64,000 bases of DNA, from NCBI GenBank assembly GCA_964607415.1, contig CAZSKK010000002.1, forward strand, positions 224,585 to 288,584. The letters are read 5' to 3'. The translations under genes and the position numbers were made by a program. This document shows positions 1 through 9,983 of this stretch, piece after piece. This DNA is from an uncultured Candidatus Saccharibacteria bacterium (lineage in GTDB: Bacteria > Patescibacteriota > Dojkabacteria > J137). A model generated the notes under the pieces. It was not told the DNA's origin. It was given only the letters and a program-made list of their open reading frames with translations, and searched no databases. The stretch's first letter is position 1; each line of letters opens with the position of its first letter.

Positions 1-144
1 TGTTAAGTGGGCAATTATATCTTTAACGCTCCACTCTCCAAGAACTTTTATTTCTGAGATTTGCCCATTACCAAGCTGAGAAAGAACTTTTTGCATCCGA
101 TTATGACCGGAAATATGATCTTGAATTATTTGTTGTTTAGACAT
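1..144 (-). CDS. DinB/ClbS-DfsB-like four-helix protein, 5' part (runs off the window)
   Basis: Manual translation MSKQQIIQDH...LGEWSVKDIIAHLT; WSVKDIIAHL is the DinB-superfamily motif. Confidence 0.75.
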   Translation of the reverse strand, partial: MSKQQIIQDHISGHNRMQKVLSQLGNGQISEIKVLGEWSVKDIIAHLT

Positions 145-251
145 AAACAAATTATACAAATTAAAATGATTTATGCGAATTAATTACTAACATTCTTTTT
201 TTAATCTATAATAATTTTAACCAATTATTTAAACCTACTCTTTATCTTTTT

Positions 252-950
252 ATGGATCATAAGTTTACTTATTTATTAATGGGCTTACTATTCTTCTTAG
301 TCTGGATAGTTTTATTTGTTTGGAAAAAATATTCCAGAAAAGAAATGCTGATTGCATCTACACTTTGTGCTGCAATGGGACCCTTATCTGATGTTTTGTA
401 TACTCAAGATTGGTGGCATCCCAAAACTCTTACAGGTACACAAATAGGGTTTGAAGCCTTGATTGTCGGGGCAGCTCTTGGTGGTATTGCCTCAGTTATA
501 TTTATAGATATATTTAAGAAAAATATAAAAATACCAAGGAAATCTAAAAAAGATACAAAGCTGCAAAATATTAATCTTGCAATTATAATAATTAGTTCGC
601 TATTAATCTTTTTTGGGACCTTCTTTGTCTTAAATCTTAATAGTCTTATAGCTACATTAATAACTTTTATTGCTGGTACATTTTTCATGATTTTTAAAAG
701 ACCTGATCTTTTTTGGGACTCGTTCTTAAGTGGAGTGCTGCTTTTAATTGTTGCTTCAATTGTTTATACAATTCTAGAAATTTTAACCCCAGGGTGGATA
801 GAAGCTTTTTGGGAATTTAAAAATATTCCAGATATTATTATCCTTAATTTACCTGCAGATGATATTCTGTGGTACTTTTTTGCTGGAATGTTTCTTGGGC
901 CACTTTATGAATTTTGGCAAGGAGGGAAAATAGTAAGTATTAGGAAGTAA
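252..950 (+). CDS. Lycopene-cyclase-domain-like integral membrane protein
   Basis: Two repeated hydrophobic halves with W-W/GW..FW and I(P/G)xE/DD-like motifs. Confidence 0.6.
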   Translation: MDHKFTYLLMGLLFFLVWIVLFVWKKYSRKEMLIASTLCAAMGPLSDVLYTQDWWHPKTLTGTQIGFEALIVGAALGGIASVIFIDIFKKNIKIPRKSKKDTKLQNINLAIIIISSLLIFFGTFFVLNLNSLIATLITFIAGTFFMIFKRPDLFWDSFLSGVLLLIVASIVYTILEILTPGWIEAFWEFKNIPDIIILNLPADDILWYFFAGMFLGPLYEFWQGGKIVSIRK

Positions 951-981
951 TGGCTTCCACTGTTCCTATTTACTCTTACTC

Positions 982-2127
982 TTAAATAATTATAAGCTCC
1001 TCCTCTGCCCTAGTTACTGCCGTATAAAGCCACCTTCTCCACATTTCATCATCCATTTTGGCAAATCTTTCTTGAAACAAAATTACTCGTCTTGCTTGAC
1101 TGCCTTGTGCTTTGTGTACAGTCATTGCATAGCCAAAATCAAACAAATCCCCTTTTGAATATTTTGCACGCTCTTGTGTAAAATTTTGCGATTCAGAATT
1201 ATTAAACTGATTTGCTGCAATTAAACCTTTATAAACACTGTCCGCACCATCCATATCGATTTCAGCGTAATACCATTCTGGCTCTGATTTAACAATAACT
1301 TTTATGCGACCAAGCATTCCATTAAAAATCTGCTTCTCATGATTATTTCTTAAGCAAATGACTCTATCTCTGGCTTGCGGTTCAGTAGTTTCAAACTCAA
1401 GCGCCTGACGAATGTATTTATTTAATTTAACCCTTGTTGTATTGTATCCGCAAAGAACTAATGTATCGTCTTTAAAGTTTCTTAGCATATCTCCTAAATC
1501 TGGATCATTACGTTCCATTTTTTTTACTGGCCAGGTAAAATACTCATTTGGAATTTCACCCTTTTCACGAGCAACAATCGAAAGGTTTATGATTGGATTA
1601 TCCTTAGCTTGCCTGTGTATTTCCTCCAATTTAATTACAGGATTTTCCATAAGATTAAAATTTCCCTTAATAGGTGGAAGCTGACCATGATCCCCTACTG
1701 CAATAATTGGTATTTGATAGGTAAGAAGATCTCTCCAAAGTGCTGAATCCACCATAGAAGCTTCGTCTACAATCAAAAGGTCAAACGGAACTTCATCTTT
1801 TTGTTCCCACCCTATAATTTGTTCTTCATTATTTACAATTGGCGAATACATTAGCGAATGAATTGTGCTGATTGAATCTTGTGGAAAAAGTGATTTGCTA
1901 TCAATAATTTTGTTTTTAAGAACACGAGTAGCTTTACCTGTATAGCTTACAAAAGCTACCTTAAGATCTTTATTCTTTTCATTCAGCTGATTACGAAGAA
2001 TGGAAATCAGAGTTGTTTTTCCTGTACCAGCAAAACCACCTAAAGTTATAAATTGAGGTTTTGCTGGGTCAGAAAACCAGGTTAATAATTTTTTTAGAGC
2101 GATTTCTTGATCGTGAGACAGGTCCAT
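982..2127 (-). CDS. RecD/Dda-like SF1B DNA helicase (AAA_30 + UvrD_C_2)
   Basis: GFAGTGKTT, IVDEASMV, VGDHGQLPP, YAMTVHKAQGSQ, LYTAVTRA. Confidence 0.92.
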   Translation of the reverse strand: MDLSHDQEIALKKLLTWFSDPAKPQFITLGGFAGTGKTTLISILRNQLNEKNKDLKVAFVSYTGKATRVLKNKIIDSKSLFPQDSISTIHSLMYSPIVNNEEQIIGWEQKDEVPFDLLIVDEASMVDSALWRDLLTYQIPIIAVGDHGQLPPIKGNFNLMENPVIKLEEIHRQAKDNPIINLSIVAREKGEIPNEYFTWPVKKMERNDPDLGDMLRNFKDDTLVLCGYNTTRVKLNKYIRQALEFETTEPQARDRVICLRNNHEKQIFNGMLGRIKVIVKSEPEWYYAEIDMDGADSVYKGLIAANQFNNSESQNFTQERAKYSKGDLFDFGYAMTVHKAQGSQARRVILFQERFAKMDDEMWRRWLYTAVTRAEEELIII

Positions 2128-2204
2128 TGTTTATATGATAAAATCCACAAGCCTATAAATTATACACCACTTGAAGCTTTTGAATTTTATTATTAATGAT
2201 TTGA

Positions 2205-2564
2205 GTGATGTCAGATTCTCAAGAGCTCCCAAGTTTTAAATCTTTTCAAGATTTTGTAGAAGATTTTAAATACAACTTGCCCGATGAATTTACAATGGAA
2301 GTGACTAGAAACTCAGGAGATATTGAATTTTTTAAAATTGAAGTTAGTATTACTTGCAACAAGGATATCTATCATGATAGCTATTCAATGTTAGAGTTAA
2401 TGAAAGAAATCTTTATTACGCAAGCTTTAAACTTTAAAGGTGCTATAACCCTACCTTTCAGTAATGAGGTTACTTCGAAAATAACAATAAGTCCTGTAAA
2501 AGGCCATAGCTCTTTAGTTCAGCATTTGAAATTACAATTCAGCTGCTCGTTTGATATTTCGTAG
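2205..2564 (+). CDS. Hypothetical protein (ORFan-like)
   Basis: 119-aa ORF filling the gap; no motif recognised. Confidence 0.55.
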   Translation: MMSDSQELPSFKSFQDFVEDFKYNLPDEFTMEVTRNSGDIEFFKIEVSITCNKDIYHDSYSMLELMKEIFITQALNFKGAITLPFSNEVTSKITISPVKGHSSLVQHLKLQFSCSFDIS

Positions 2565-2584
2565 CCATATATTCGGCTAATTTT

Positions 2585-2653
2585 TCAAAGGTTATTTGGT
2601 ATTAATAATTTTTTTAAAGCGATTTCTTTGTCTTGAGATAAATCTATTTGCAT
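2585..2653 (-). pseudogene. Degenerate duplicate of the 5' end of the RecD-like helicase gene
   Basis: Translates MQIDLSQDKEIALKKLLIPNNL* versus helicase MDLSHDQEIALKKLL; 2602-2648 matches 2082-2128 at about 39/47 nt. Confidence 0.8.
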
Positions 2654-2674
2654 ATTTAGTGCTAAAATTTCAGC

Positions 2675-2998
2675 ATGGAACCACAAATTATAGATCAAGA
2701 GCTGACAGATGGCTCACTTACTGTGCACGAAATTTTTAATGATGGGAATTTAAGCGGCGCAATCGTTATTCTTAAAGGAACTAATAGATGTATTAGGCAT
2801 AAAGAAGCTGATGCAACCTACTTAGTAATAAAAGGTGAAGGTCTATTTAATGTAAATGGGGAGGAAATATATGTTGAGAAAGGCCAACTAATTACAATTC
2901 CCAAAGGCACGTTTTATTTTGATAAAGGGAACATGACAATGCTTGCAGTAAATGAACCTGGTTTTGATGCTAAAACTATAGAATTTTTAGAAAGTTAA
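2675..2998 (+). CDS. Cupin domain protein
   Basis: H-x-E...YLVIKGEG...G(Q)LITIPKGT cupin pattern. Confidence 0.8.
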   Translation: MEPQIIDQELTDGSLTVHEIFNDGNLSGAIVILKGTNRCIRHKEADATYLVIKGEGLFNVNGEEIYVEKGQLITIPKGTFYFDKGNMTMLAVNEPGFDAKTIEFLES

Positions 2999-3614
2999 AT
3001 TCATCTGTTTTTTCTAAAATCCTTGTATGTCCCACTACATTGGTTTTCAAGTTTTCTGTAGATTTTCTTCCGTCTATCAATGATGAATTCGGAAGTATAT
3101 GATTATCAAACTTAGGGTAAAAATTTAAAACCTTAGCTTTTGGATTAGGCTCAATAAACTTACTAACATTCTTTTTATTAAGCTGAATCAAGTTAAAAAT
3201 TCTAAGATTAGAAAATATTGTACCCTTATACGGACAGCTTATTGTAATCAAAGTACTAATTCTATCTACTAAACTATCTTTACCCAATAAAGCATTCCCA
3301 ACAATTGAACCTTTGCTATGAGAAAGCACCACTACATTTTTTAAATTATTTCTTAAAATATAGTTTTCAATTTTTTCAATATTTGATTCAATAGTTCCTA
3401 AGCTACTGTATCCAATTTGAGTATGTATTTGAAAACCTAATAGATTTAAATTGTCAGAAAGTGATTTTAGAAAAACCCAGCTTTCAGTAAAACCTGGGAT
3501 TACAATCAAATCTTTATCTCCTTCTTTATAGCTGTTTGGGATTCGCAAGAATAAAGTCAGAAAATAATTTTTAGCAATTAAAATGTACTCTAGAAAAATG
3601 TAATAAATAAACAT
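2976..3614 (-). CDS. Alpha/beta hydrolase (lipase/esterase-like)
   Basis: IVIPGF, SHSKG nucleophile elbow, ITISCPYKGT, D and VGH triad residues. Confidence 0.8.
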   Translation of the reverse strand: MFIYYIFLEYILIAKNYFLTLFLRIPNSYKEGDKDLIVIPGFTESWVFLKSLSDNLNLLGFQIHTQIGYSSLGTIESNIEKIENYILRNNLKNVVVLSHSKGSIVGNALLGKDSLVDRISTLITISCPYKGTIFSNLRIFNLIQLNKKNVSKFIEPNPKAKVLNFYPKFDNHILPNSSLIDGRKSTENLKTNVVGHTRILEKTDEFNFLKIL

Positions 3615-3636
3615 TTTGCAATTATTATTAATAAAT

Positions 3637-4350
3637 TTATAATTTCTTTACATCGGTTTCTCTACTCTCGTCAAAATTTTCAATTATGCCTTTAAGCCCT
3701 AAAATAAATTTATCGATGTTACCTGGATCAAAAATTGCTTTTGCAGCATCTAAATACTTTTCATGGTCAGGATAAGGATGTTCTTCTTTAGTTATAAAGT
3801 TAAACATTTCTGAATCCAAAACTACATTATTAAAAATTTCGGCCATATCCCAGTAAATTCCTGAATCAGGATCCAGCTCCGAAAAAATCTCGGGGAAAAA
3901 TTTTTGTGTATATTGGTAAAAGAAAAAATGCATTAATTCATGCGCAATTATTCCTTTAGCGGATTCACCTCTAAAATAAATCATAAATGATTCATCCTCT
4001 AAAAATCTTGGAGAAAAAGGATTAAGTGTAATAAAAACATCGTATTCTCCTTTTAAAGCAATTTTATTTTTGAACAAACGATTAGAAACAGTCCAAAATC
4101 TTCCTGAAACCTCATTCCAATTTTGTTCAAATTTGTCTACTGCTTGTCTAATCTTAGATAAGTTCCTACTATAAAATTCAGCTAAAAACTTATCAATATC
4201 TTCTTCTTCAATATTTTCAATTTCTGGATAATGCTCTATAAATATTTGTTTAAAATCAAAACCACCACCAGCTCCAACTTTCAGGAATTTTTTGATCATT
4301 TCTACATCTAATTCTTCGTCAATTTTGAATGTTAGTTTTGGTGTTTTCAT
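3637..4350 (-). CDS. Putative zinc metallopeptidase-like protein
   Basis: IAHELMHF (HExxH), downstream MAE and YPDH. Confidence 0.6.
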   Translation of the reverse strand: MKTPKLTFKIDEELDVEMIKKFLKVGAGGGFDFKQIFIEHYPEIENIEEEDIDKFLAEFYSRNLSKIRQAVDKFEQNWNEVSGRFWTVSNRLFKNKIALKGEYDVFITLNPFSPRFLEDESFMIYFRGESAKGIIAHELMHFFFYQYTQKFFPEIFSELDPDSGIYWDMAEIFNNVVLDSEMFNFITKEEHPYPDHEKYLDAAKAIFDPGNIDKFILGLKGIIENFDESRETDVKKL

Positions 4351-4354
4351 TCAC

Positions 4355-4474
4355 CTAGTATACATCATCATGTCCACCAAGTTTAAGCAGGATAATTATT
4401 ATTGATTCACTTTTTTCTATACACCACAAAATTCTAATATCTCCAGCGACTCGTAAACTCAAGATATTGCACTC
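4355..4474 (-). pseudogene. RelE/YafQ-family toxin C-terminal remnant
   Basis: Manual translation ...LSLRVAGDIRILWCIEKSESIIIILLKLGGHDDVY*; in-frame stop upstream and no start codon. Confidence 0.65.
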
Positions 4475-4512
4475 TCACTTTTTTGTATTAGTCAATGCTA
4501 TAATTCATCCAT

Positions 4513-4586
4513 GCACTTGTAGCTCAACTGGATAGAGCACAACTTTGCGGAAGTTGAGGTTGGAGGTTCGAATCCTCTCAAGTGTA
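4513..4586 (+). tRNA. tRNA-Arg(GCG), CCA not encoded
   Basis: Acceptor gcacttg/caagtgt, D-arm with A20, anticodon stem caact/agttg with loop ttGCGga, T-loop ttcgaat. Confidence 0.95.
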
Positions 4587-4599
4587 ATTTATAAATCAT

Positions 4600-5934
4600 A
4601 TGAAAAGGCTTTTTCGAAAACTCAACTTCCCCGATATTCTAGTTTTTATTACTAGCACTGCATTTATATTTTCACCTCTGATTGTTGATTTTGATTCACT
4701 ACCAAAAGGTTGGGAACTTCCAAAAGTTTATTTTTGGGTAACTTTCAGTTTGGTAATGATCCTTGTAATCTGGATTTACAAAACGTACATGTTTTTAAAA
4801 AATCCTGATTCAAAGATAAACTACAGCTATTTTTTGCTCTTAACATTACTCTTAATCTTATTCTTGTCCACCAGTCTATCCGAATACGGTCGTATAATTT
4901 TTCCTGATAATAATCCAAATCCTATACATCAACTAATCTTTAACCTCAAATCTGAAACCTCAAGCCTAAGCGTAAACATGTCTTTGTATGGGAACTCATT
5001 TAGGGACCAAGGATTTATTACTTTCCTGTTTTTAATTTTATTTTTCTGGGAAATTGGAAAATTTGTAAACAATCGTAACTGGCATTTTGTTTCCATGGGA
5101 TTTATACTTTCTGCCAGTTTTCAATCAGTTAAAGCTATTCTTGAATTTTATAATTATGCCAAAGTTGATCCCGACCGTTTAAAAGAAGGAATGTGGGTTT
5201 TTGGTTGGTTTGGCCAATCAAATTTTTATGCAGGCTTTTTACTTATTGCAGTTATTTTTAGTACATACTATTTAAGATCTAAAAACTGGACTTTAAGATT
5301 AAGCTTTATTCCTGTTACAGTTTTTCTAAATATAACACTTTGTCTTTCCTACTCTAGTTGGGGGATTATATCGCTTGCATTAACTATAGGATTAATAATT
5401 ATTTATGAACTGCTTCCAAACAAACTTTACCCCTTATTTTTATGTGTACTTGGCATAAGTTTTCTTGTTTTGTATAACTGGTTTATTGAAAAAATAGAAC
5501 AAGAATCGGCATTGAGGGTTATGATTTGGGACAATGCATATGAAATTTATATTAAAACTCCCGTTAAAAATCCTACTCCGGAAAACGCAAGATTGTTTTT
5601 TTTAGGTTCTGGCTTTGATACTCTTGGAGAAGTTTTTAGATCAAAAGGAAGATTTGAAGGATTATATATTGATAGAGGGCACAATTTTTTAATTGATATC
5701 ATAGTTTCTGGTGGAATACTTGGTCTAACTTTTTTTACAGGCATTCTTACAAAAATCGCATTAAAATTTAAAGAAAACTTAAACAATAGAATGTTTAGTT
5801 TTACTTTAATTGCTTTAGTTGCCTGGATGTTTAGAAGTTTTGTGCATGAAAATGGAATAATCAACATCGTGCAATTCTTCATGCTGCTTTCGATTTTAGT
5901 AAATTTTGAGAATGATAATCAGGGCAAAAGTTAA
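4600..5934 (+). CDS. O-antigen ligase family (Wzy_C/WaaL-like) membrane protein
   Basis: Multiple TM helices; FGQSNFYAG, R-x-x-IW, LGSGFDT, RGHN...GGILG. Confidence 0.85.
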   Translation: MKRLFRKLNFPDILVFITSTAFIFSPLIVDFDSLPKGWELPKVYFWVTFSLVMILVIWIYKTYMFLKNPDSKINYSYFLLLTLLLILFLSTSLSEYGRIIFPDNNPNPIHQLIFNLKSETSSLSVNMSLYGNSFRDQGFITFLFLILFFWEIGKFVNNRNWHFVSMGFILSASFQSVKAILEFYNYAKVDPDRLKEGMWVFGWFGQSNFYAGFLLIAVIFSTYYLRSKNWTLRLSFIPVTVFLNITLCLSYSSWGIISLALTIGLIIIYELLPNKLYPLFLCVLGISFLVLYNWFIEKIEQESALRVMIWDNAYEIYIKTPVKNPTPENARLFFLGSGFDTLGEVFRSKGRFEGLYIDRGHNFLIDIIVSGGILGLTFFTGILTKIALKFKENLNNRMFSFTLIALVAWMFRSFVHENGIINIVQFFMLLSILVNFENDNQGKS

Positions 5935-6133
5935 TACAAAATCTAAAAAGACTGACGTTATTAATGTCGGCGACAATGAATTTATCGTAAGGTTTAATGC
6001 TCTAAGAGAAAAAGGCAAAGCAAACGAAAAGTTAATTGAACTACTTTCCGAATATTTTGGAGTTTCTAAATCTCAGATAAAAATAGTTTCAGGGTTTACA
6101 AGCAGCAATAAGATAGTGAATTTAGAAAATTGA
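5912..6133 (+). CDS. DUF167 (YggU/UPF0235) protein
   Basis: GKANEKLIELLSEYFGVSKSQIKIVSGFTSSNK. Confidence 0.88.
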   Translation: MIIRAKVNTKSKKTDVINVGDNEFIVRFNALREKGKANEKLIELLSEYFGVSKSQIKIVSGFTSSNKIVNLEN

Positions 6134-6198
6134 ATATTTGAATTTTGAAATTAATTCGAATTTAGTTATTTAGGATTTAGAATTTCCAGTGTAGCTAG

Positions 6199-7941
6199 TT
6201 ACATACGCTCTACCGTCTCAATTCCAAGAAGATTTAAACCATTTTTTAGAACAATACTGGTAGCTTGAGTTAGGGCAAGGCGCGCTTGTCTATCCTGTTC
6301 TGTTTCTGCTTCTATTACTCTACATTCGCTGTAAAATCTGTTAAAACTTTCTGCAAGTTCGAAAAGATAAGTGCAAATTATGTGTGGTGTAATCTCAGTA
6401 CCAGCTTTAAAAGCAGTTTCTTTATATTCATCCATTTTCTTTAATAAATATAGTTCAGGTTCAGAATTTAAAACTGCATCTAAGTTGCCTGGAACTTTAG
6501 CTTCCTCAATTTCAGCCTTTCTTAAAATTGATTTGCATCTTGCATAAGAGTAAAGAACATACGGTCCCGTGAAACCATCAAAGCTTAAAAATTGCTCCGG
6601 ATCATAACTAAAATCCTTATGAAACTCATGTGATAAAACCAAGAACTTTAGCCCAGCCATTGCAACTGCACTAGATATCAACTCCTTTTCGTCTTCATCA
6701 TATTCCGCAATTTCATCAATTTTTTTTCTTGCTACATTTTTTATTTCATTCAAAATGTCCATGCCTTTAACTGACTCTCCCATTCTTGAACTGAATTTTT
6801 TACCTCCTCTTAACATCCAACCAAATGGTATGTGTTCATACCTGCCAGTAAACTTAGAATCTATAAGTTCCAAAACCTTAATTACGGCTTTAAAATAGTC
6901 TTTTTGTTCTACAGAAGTTGTTACTATTCCTTTAAATAAATCTGGATATTCTTCAAACTTTTTATAAGCAAGGGCTAAATCTTTCGCAGAATAGGTTGGA
7001 TTTCCGTCTTTAGTTAAGAAAACCCAATTATTTAAGCCAATTTTTTCACCTCTATAAATTATTGCACCCTCACTTTCTTCGAATATTTTTCCGCTGTATT
7101 TTTGAACTATTTTTACACCCTCCTCGTAAACCTCACTTTCGGGATATTGTCTATCGTAAGTTATTCCTAAAGTTTTCCAAACTGCATCTTGATGCAGAAT
7201 GCTGTATTCTCTAAGTTTTTTGTATGTTTGCGTTTCTTTGTTATCAACTTTCAAATATATATCCTTATTTATATGTCTTATTTCTTCTTCCGCTTTTTTA
7301 TTTTCTTTAAAAGCATTTGATCCTTTTACATAGCAGTTATCAATAAGTTTCATTCTTTCATGAGCTTCCATTGAATCAAAATTTTCTGGAACTTCAGTAT
7401 GTAAAAAACCCCAAGTGCATTTGGCGACATGCATTCCAACATCTCCAAAGTAATTGGCTTTTATAACATTGTATCCAAGGTTTTCGTGAAGTTTAACCAT
7501 AGAAAGCCCAGACACTGCACTTTTTAAATGACCAATGTGAAATGCTTTGTGAGTATTGGGCTGGCCAAATTCAATCATTATTTGTTTATCTTGTCCCAAG
7601 TTAGATTTACCAAAGTTTTGATCTTGAAGGATTTCTTTAACTATTGATTTAGAATGAATTCTCTTGTCTTTAAAATTCAAAAAACCACTTATAGATGAAG
7701 CCTCTTCAGTAATCGAATTAATATCTAGAAAAGAATTAACTTTTTCGGAAAGTTCTTTTGCAACTTCATTTGGAGATTTTTGCAGAATACTTGCTAATTT
7801 AAAAGTTACAAAAGTCCAGTCACCATGTTCACTGTTTTTGGGTCTTTCTAGAATAACAGGATCTTCGTAGTCAAGAGCATATAAATCTTTTATAGAAGAC
7901 AAAATTAGCCTTCGTTTTTCTTGAACAGATTTATCTTCCAT
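6199..7941 (-). CDS. argS: Arginyl-tRNA synthetase
   Basis: PNTHKAFHIGH, NYFGDVG, KFSSRMG, TGPYVLYSYAR, C-terminal VERM. Confidence 0.97.
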   Translation of the reverse strand: MEDKSVQEKRRLILSSIKDLYALDYEDPVILERPKNSEHGDWTFVTFKLASILQKSPNEVAKELSEKVNSFLDINSITEEASSISGFLNFKDKRIHSKSIVKEILQDQNFGKSNLGQDKQIMIEFGQPNTHKAFHIGHLKSAVSGLSMVKLHENLGYNVIKANYFGDVGMHVAKCTWGFLHTEVPENFDSMEAHERMKLIDNCYVKGSNAFKENKKAEEEIRHINKDIYLKVDNKETQTYKKLREYSILHQDAVWKTLGITYDRQYPESEVYEEGVKIVQKYSGKIFEESEGAIIYRGEKIGLNNWVFLTKDGNPTYSAKDLALAYKKFEEYPDLFKGIVTTSVEQKDYFKAVIKVLELIDSKFTGRYEHIPFGWMLRGGKKFSSRMGESVKGMDILNEIKNVARKKIDEIAEYDEDEKELISSAVAMAGLKFLVLSHEFHKDFSYDPEQFLSFDGFTGPYVLYSYARCKSILRKAEIEEAKVPGNLDAVLNSEPELYLLKKMDEYKETAFKAGTEITPHIICTYLFELAESFNRFYSECRVIEAETEQDRQARLALTQATSIVLKNGLNLLGIETVERM

Positions 7942-7965
7942 AAAATACTTGGTTAATTAGTTAAC

Positions 7966-8568
7966 TTATAACAACTGCTTTTTAAACTTGTTTTTAAATA
8001 CCTTCCCATGCCCTGGAATAATCCAGTCGGCAATTTCTAAAATTTTCTTTCTTGATTCTTTTAAAGTCTCCATATCTTTAGCATATGGATCTTCCAAATT
8101 TATTAGCTCATCGTATTCATATTCATCCTTTTGTTCACCATCCATCCACCATAAAACATCCATTGCTACAACATAAATTCCTTTTTCTGTTCTTATAATT
8201 GGCGATGAATGTTCATAGGTATGCCCTGGCGTTTGTATTGTCTCAATATTAGTTCCAGGAATATTTCCTTTAAAAAATATCTCTCTATCTCCAACGAAGA
8301 TAGTCTCGTAATCATAAATTGGTTTATCAGGAAAAAGTCTTATATTCAAAAAATGGTCTGGGTGATAATGTGTTAAAAATACAATATCAATATCTTCAGG
8401 TGTCAGTCCTTCCTTTTTAAGTGAACTTAATAAAAGCTCTTTATTGGCACCTGGGTCAATTAAGACTTTTTTATCATTAGAATACACAAGAATTGATGTA
8501 GGGCTTGCGAAAACCTCGCCATCTTCCATTCTTGCATAACCTTCAATTAGAATTTTGAATATATCCAT
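7966..8568 (-). CDS. MBL-fold metallo-hydrolase
   Basis: THYHPDH, TPGHT, IIPGHG. Confidence 0.9.
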   Translation of the reverse strand: MDIFKILIEGYARMEDGEVFASPTSILVYSNDKKVLIDPGANKELLLSSLKKEGLTPEDIDIVFLTHYHPDHFLNIRLFPDKPIYDYETIFVGDREIFFKGNIPGTNIETIQTPGHTYEHSSPIIRTEKGIYVVAMDVLWWMDGEQKDEYEYDELINLEDPYAKDMETLKESRKKILEIADWIIPGHGKVFKNKFKKQLL

Positions 8569-8639
8569 AATAAAATAATTTGTTAAACTAGTCTTCAGTT
8601 AACTAGCCACCACAAATTAACAAACGAACTAAACACTAG

Positions 8640-9983
8640 TTAACCTTTCAGATTATTCTTCAACGCCTTTTCCATAGCATCCTGATCCGTAAACGGATAT
8701 TCAATTTTCCCAAAGCATAAACTTAACTCGTGTCCTTTTCCTTCAGTAATAACTATATCCCCTTCCTTTGCAAGTTTAACTGCAAAATCAATTGCATCAA
8801 ACCTGCAGTTTACACTTTCCTCGTCAAATGTAAAAACTAATTTTCCTTTTTCATTCAAGTAATTTTTGTAGTCATTATTATACTGTTCAGAATTTGCAAA
8901 TCTAGCAATTAGTTTTGCACCACCAGCTTCCGCTCCCCTTATAATCTCACTATTGATTTCTGCTAAACTTTCAGTTCTAGGATCTTCTGCTGTAACAATA
9001 ACAATATCACTTAATTCACCAGCTGCCTTACCCATTGTAAATCTTTTTTCCTTATCTCTTAAACCTGCAGATCCAAAAACAACAATCAGCTTGGATTTTT
9101 TATCCATAAGGTTTCTTGCTGTTTCCAAAGAGCTTTCAAGTGAATCTGTGTTATGTGCAAAATCCACAATAGCCATAAACGGTTCTTTTTGTATAACCTC
9201 CATTCTTCCTTTAACACCACTAAAGCTTCTTAGCGCATCGGAAGTTTCTCTCAAGCTTATCTTTAAACAAGTCGCAACATTGATCGATGCTAATAAATTT
9301 TCAAGATTGTATTCACCGATTACAGGAACTTCAAAAAGTTGGCCTGAGTAAACAAACCTCAACTGATTTTTCTCTATGGTTATGCTTTGCAATTCATTTT
9401 TAGAATAAATTATAAAATTTTTATCTTTACCCTTAGCTTTTGCAAAATTATTCAAAAACTGATGTGATTCTTCATCATCTCTATTAACAATAATCGTACC
9501 TGTTGGTTTAAGGCTACCTATTAGCCTAGCTTTCGAAGCAGCATAACTTTCCCAGGTTTTATGCCAATCCAAGTGATCTCTCTTAATATTTGTATAGACT
9601 GCATAATCAAACTTTATTTTCCCCAACCTTCCTTGAGCCAAAGCATGAGAAGAAGATTCAAGAACTAAATATTCAACTCCCTGCTCTACCATTATCTTCA
9701 TTATTTTTTGTAGCTGAATTGGGTCAGGTGTAGTTACATGAAATCCAGTATCAATAATCTGACTTTTTGTCCTTGCTCCAATTGTAGATATTAAACCGAC
9801 ATCCAAGCCCGATTCTTTTAATATGTGATAAATCATACTTGAAGTTGTGGACTTACCTGAAGTACCAGTCACACCTATAATTTTTAGCTTTCTAGCCGGA
9901 TTACCGTAGTATATGGATCCAAGCATTGAGCGCATAATCCTAAACTGTCTTTTTATTTTTTCTGGTAAAAGTTTTTTTATCAT
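8640..9983 (-). CDS. murE: UDP-MurNAc-tripeptide synthetase MurE
   Basis: GVTGTSGKSTT, TTPD, ESSSHAL, DHLDWH, VDFAH, GKGHE. Confidence 0.93.
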   Translation of the reverse strand: MIKKLLPEKIKRQFRIMRSMLGSIYYGNPARKLKIIGVTGTSGKSTTSSMIYHILKESGLDVGLISTIGARTKSQIIDTGFHVTTPDPIQLQKIMKIMVEQGVEYLVLESSSHALAQGRLGKIKFDYAVYTNIKRDHLDWHKTWESYAASKARLIGSLKPTGTIIVNRDDEESHQFLNNFAKAKGKDKNFIIYSKNELQSITIEKNQLRFVYSGQLFEVPVIGEYNLENLLASINVATCLKISLRETSDALRSFSGVKGRMEVIQKEPFMAIVDFAHNTDSLESSLETARNLMDKKSKLIVVFGSAGLRDKEKRFTMGKAAGELSDIVIVTAEDPRTESLAEINSEIIRGAEAGGAKLIARFANSEQYNNDYKNYLNEKGKLVFTFDEESVNCRFDAIDFAVKLAKEGDIVITEGKGHELSLCFGKIEYPFTDQDAMEKALKNNLKG

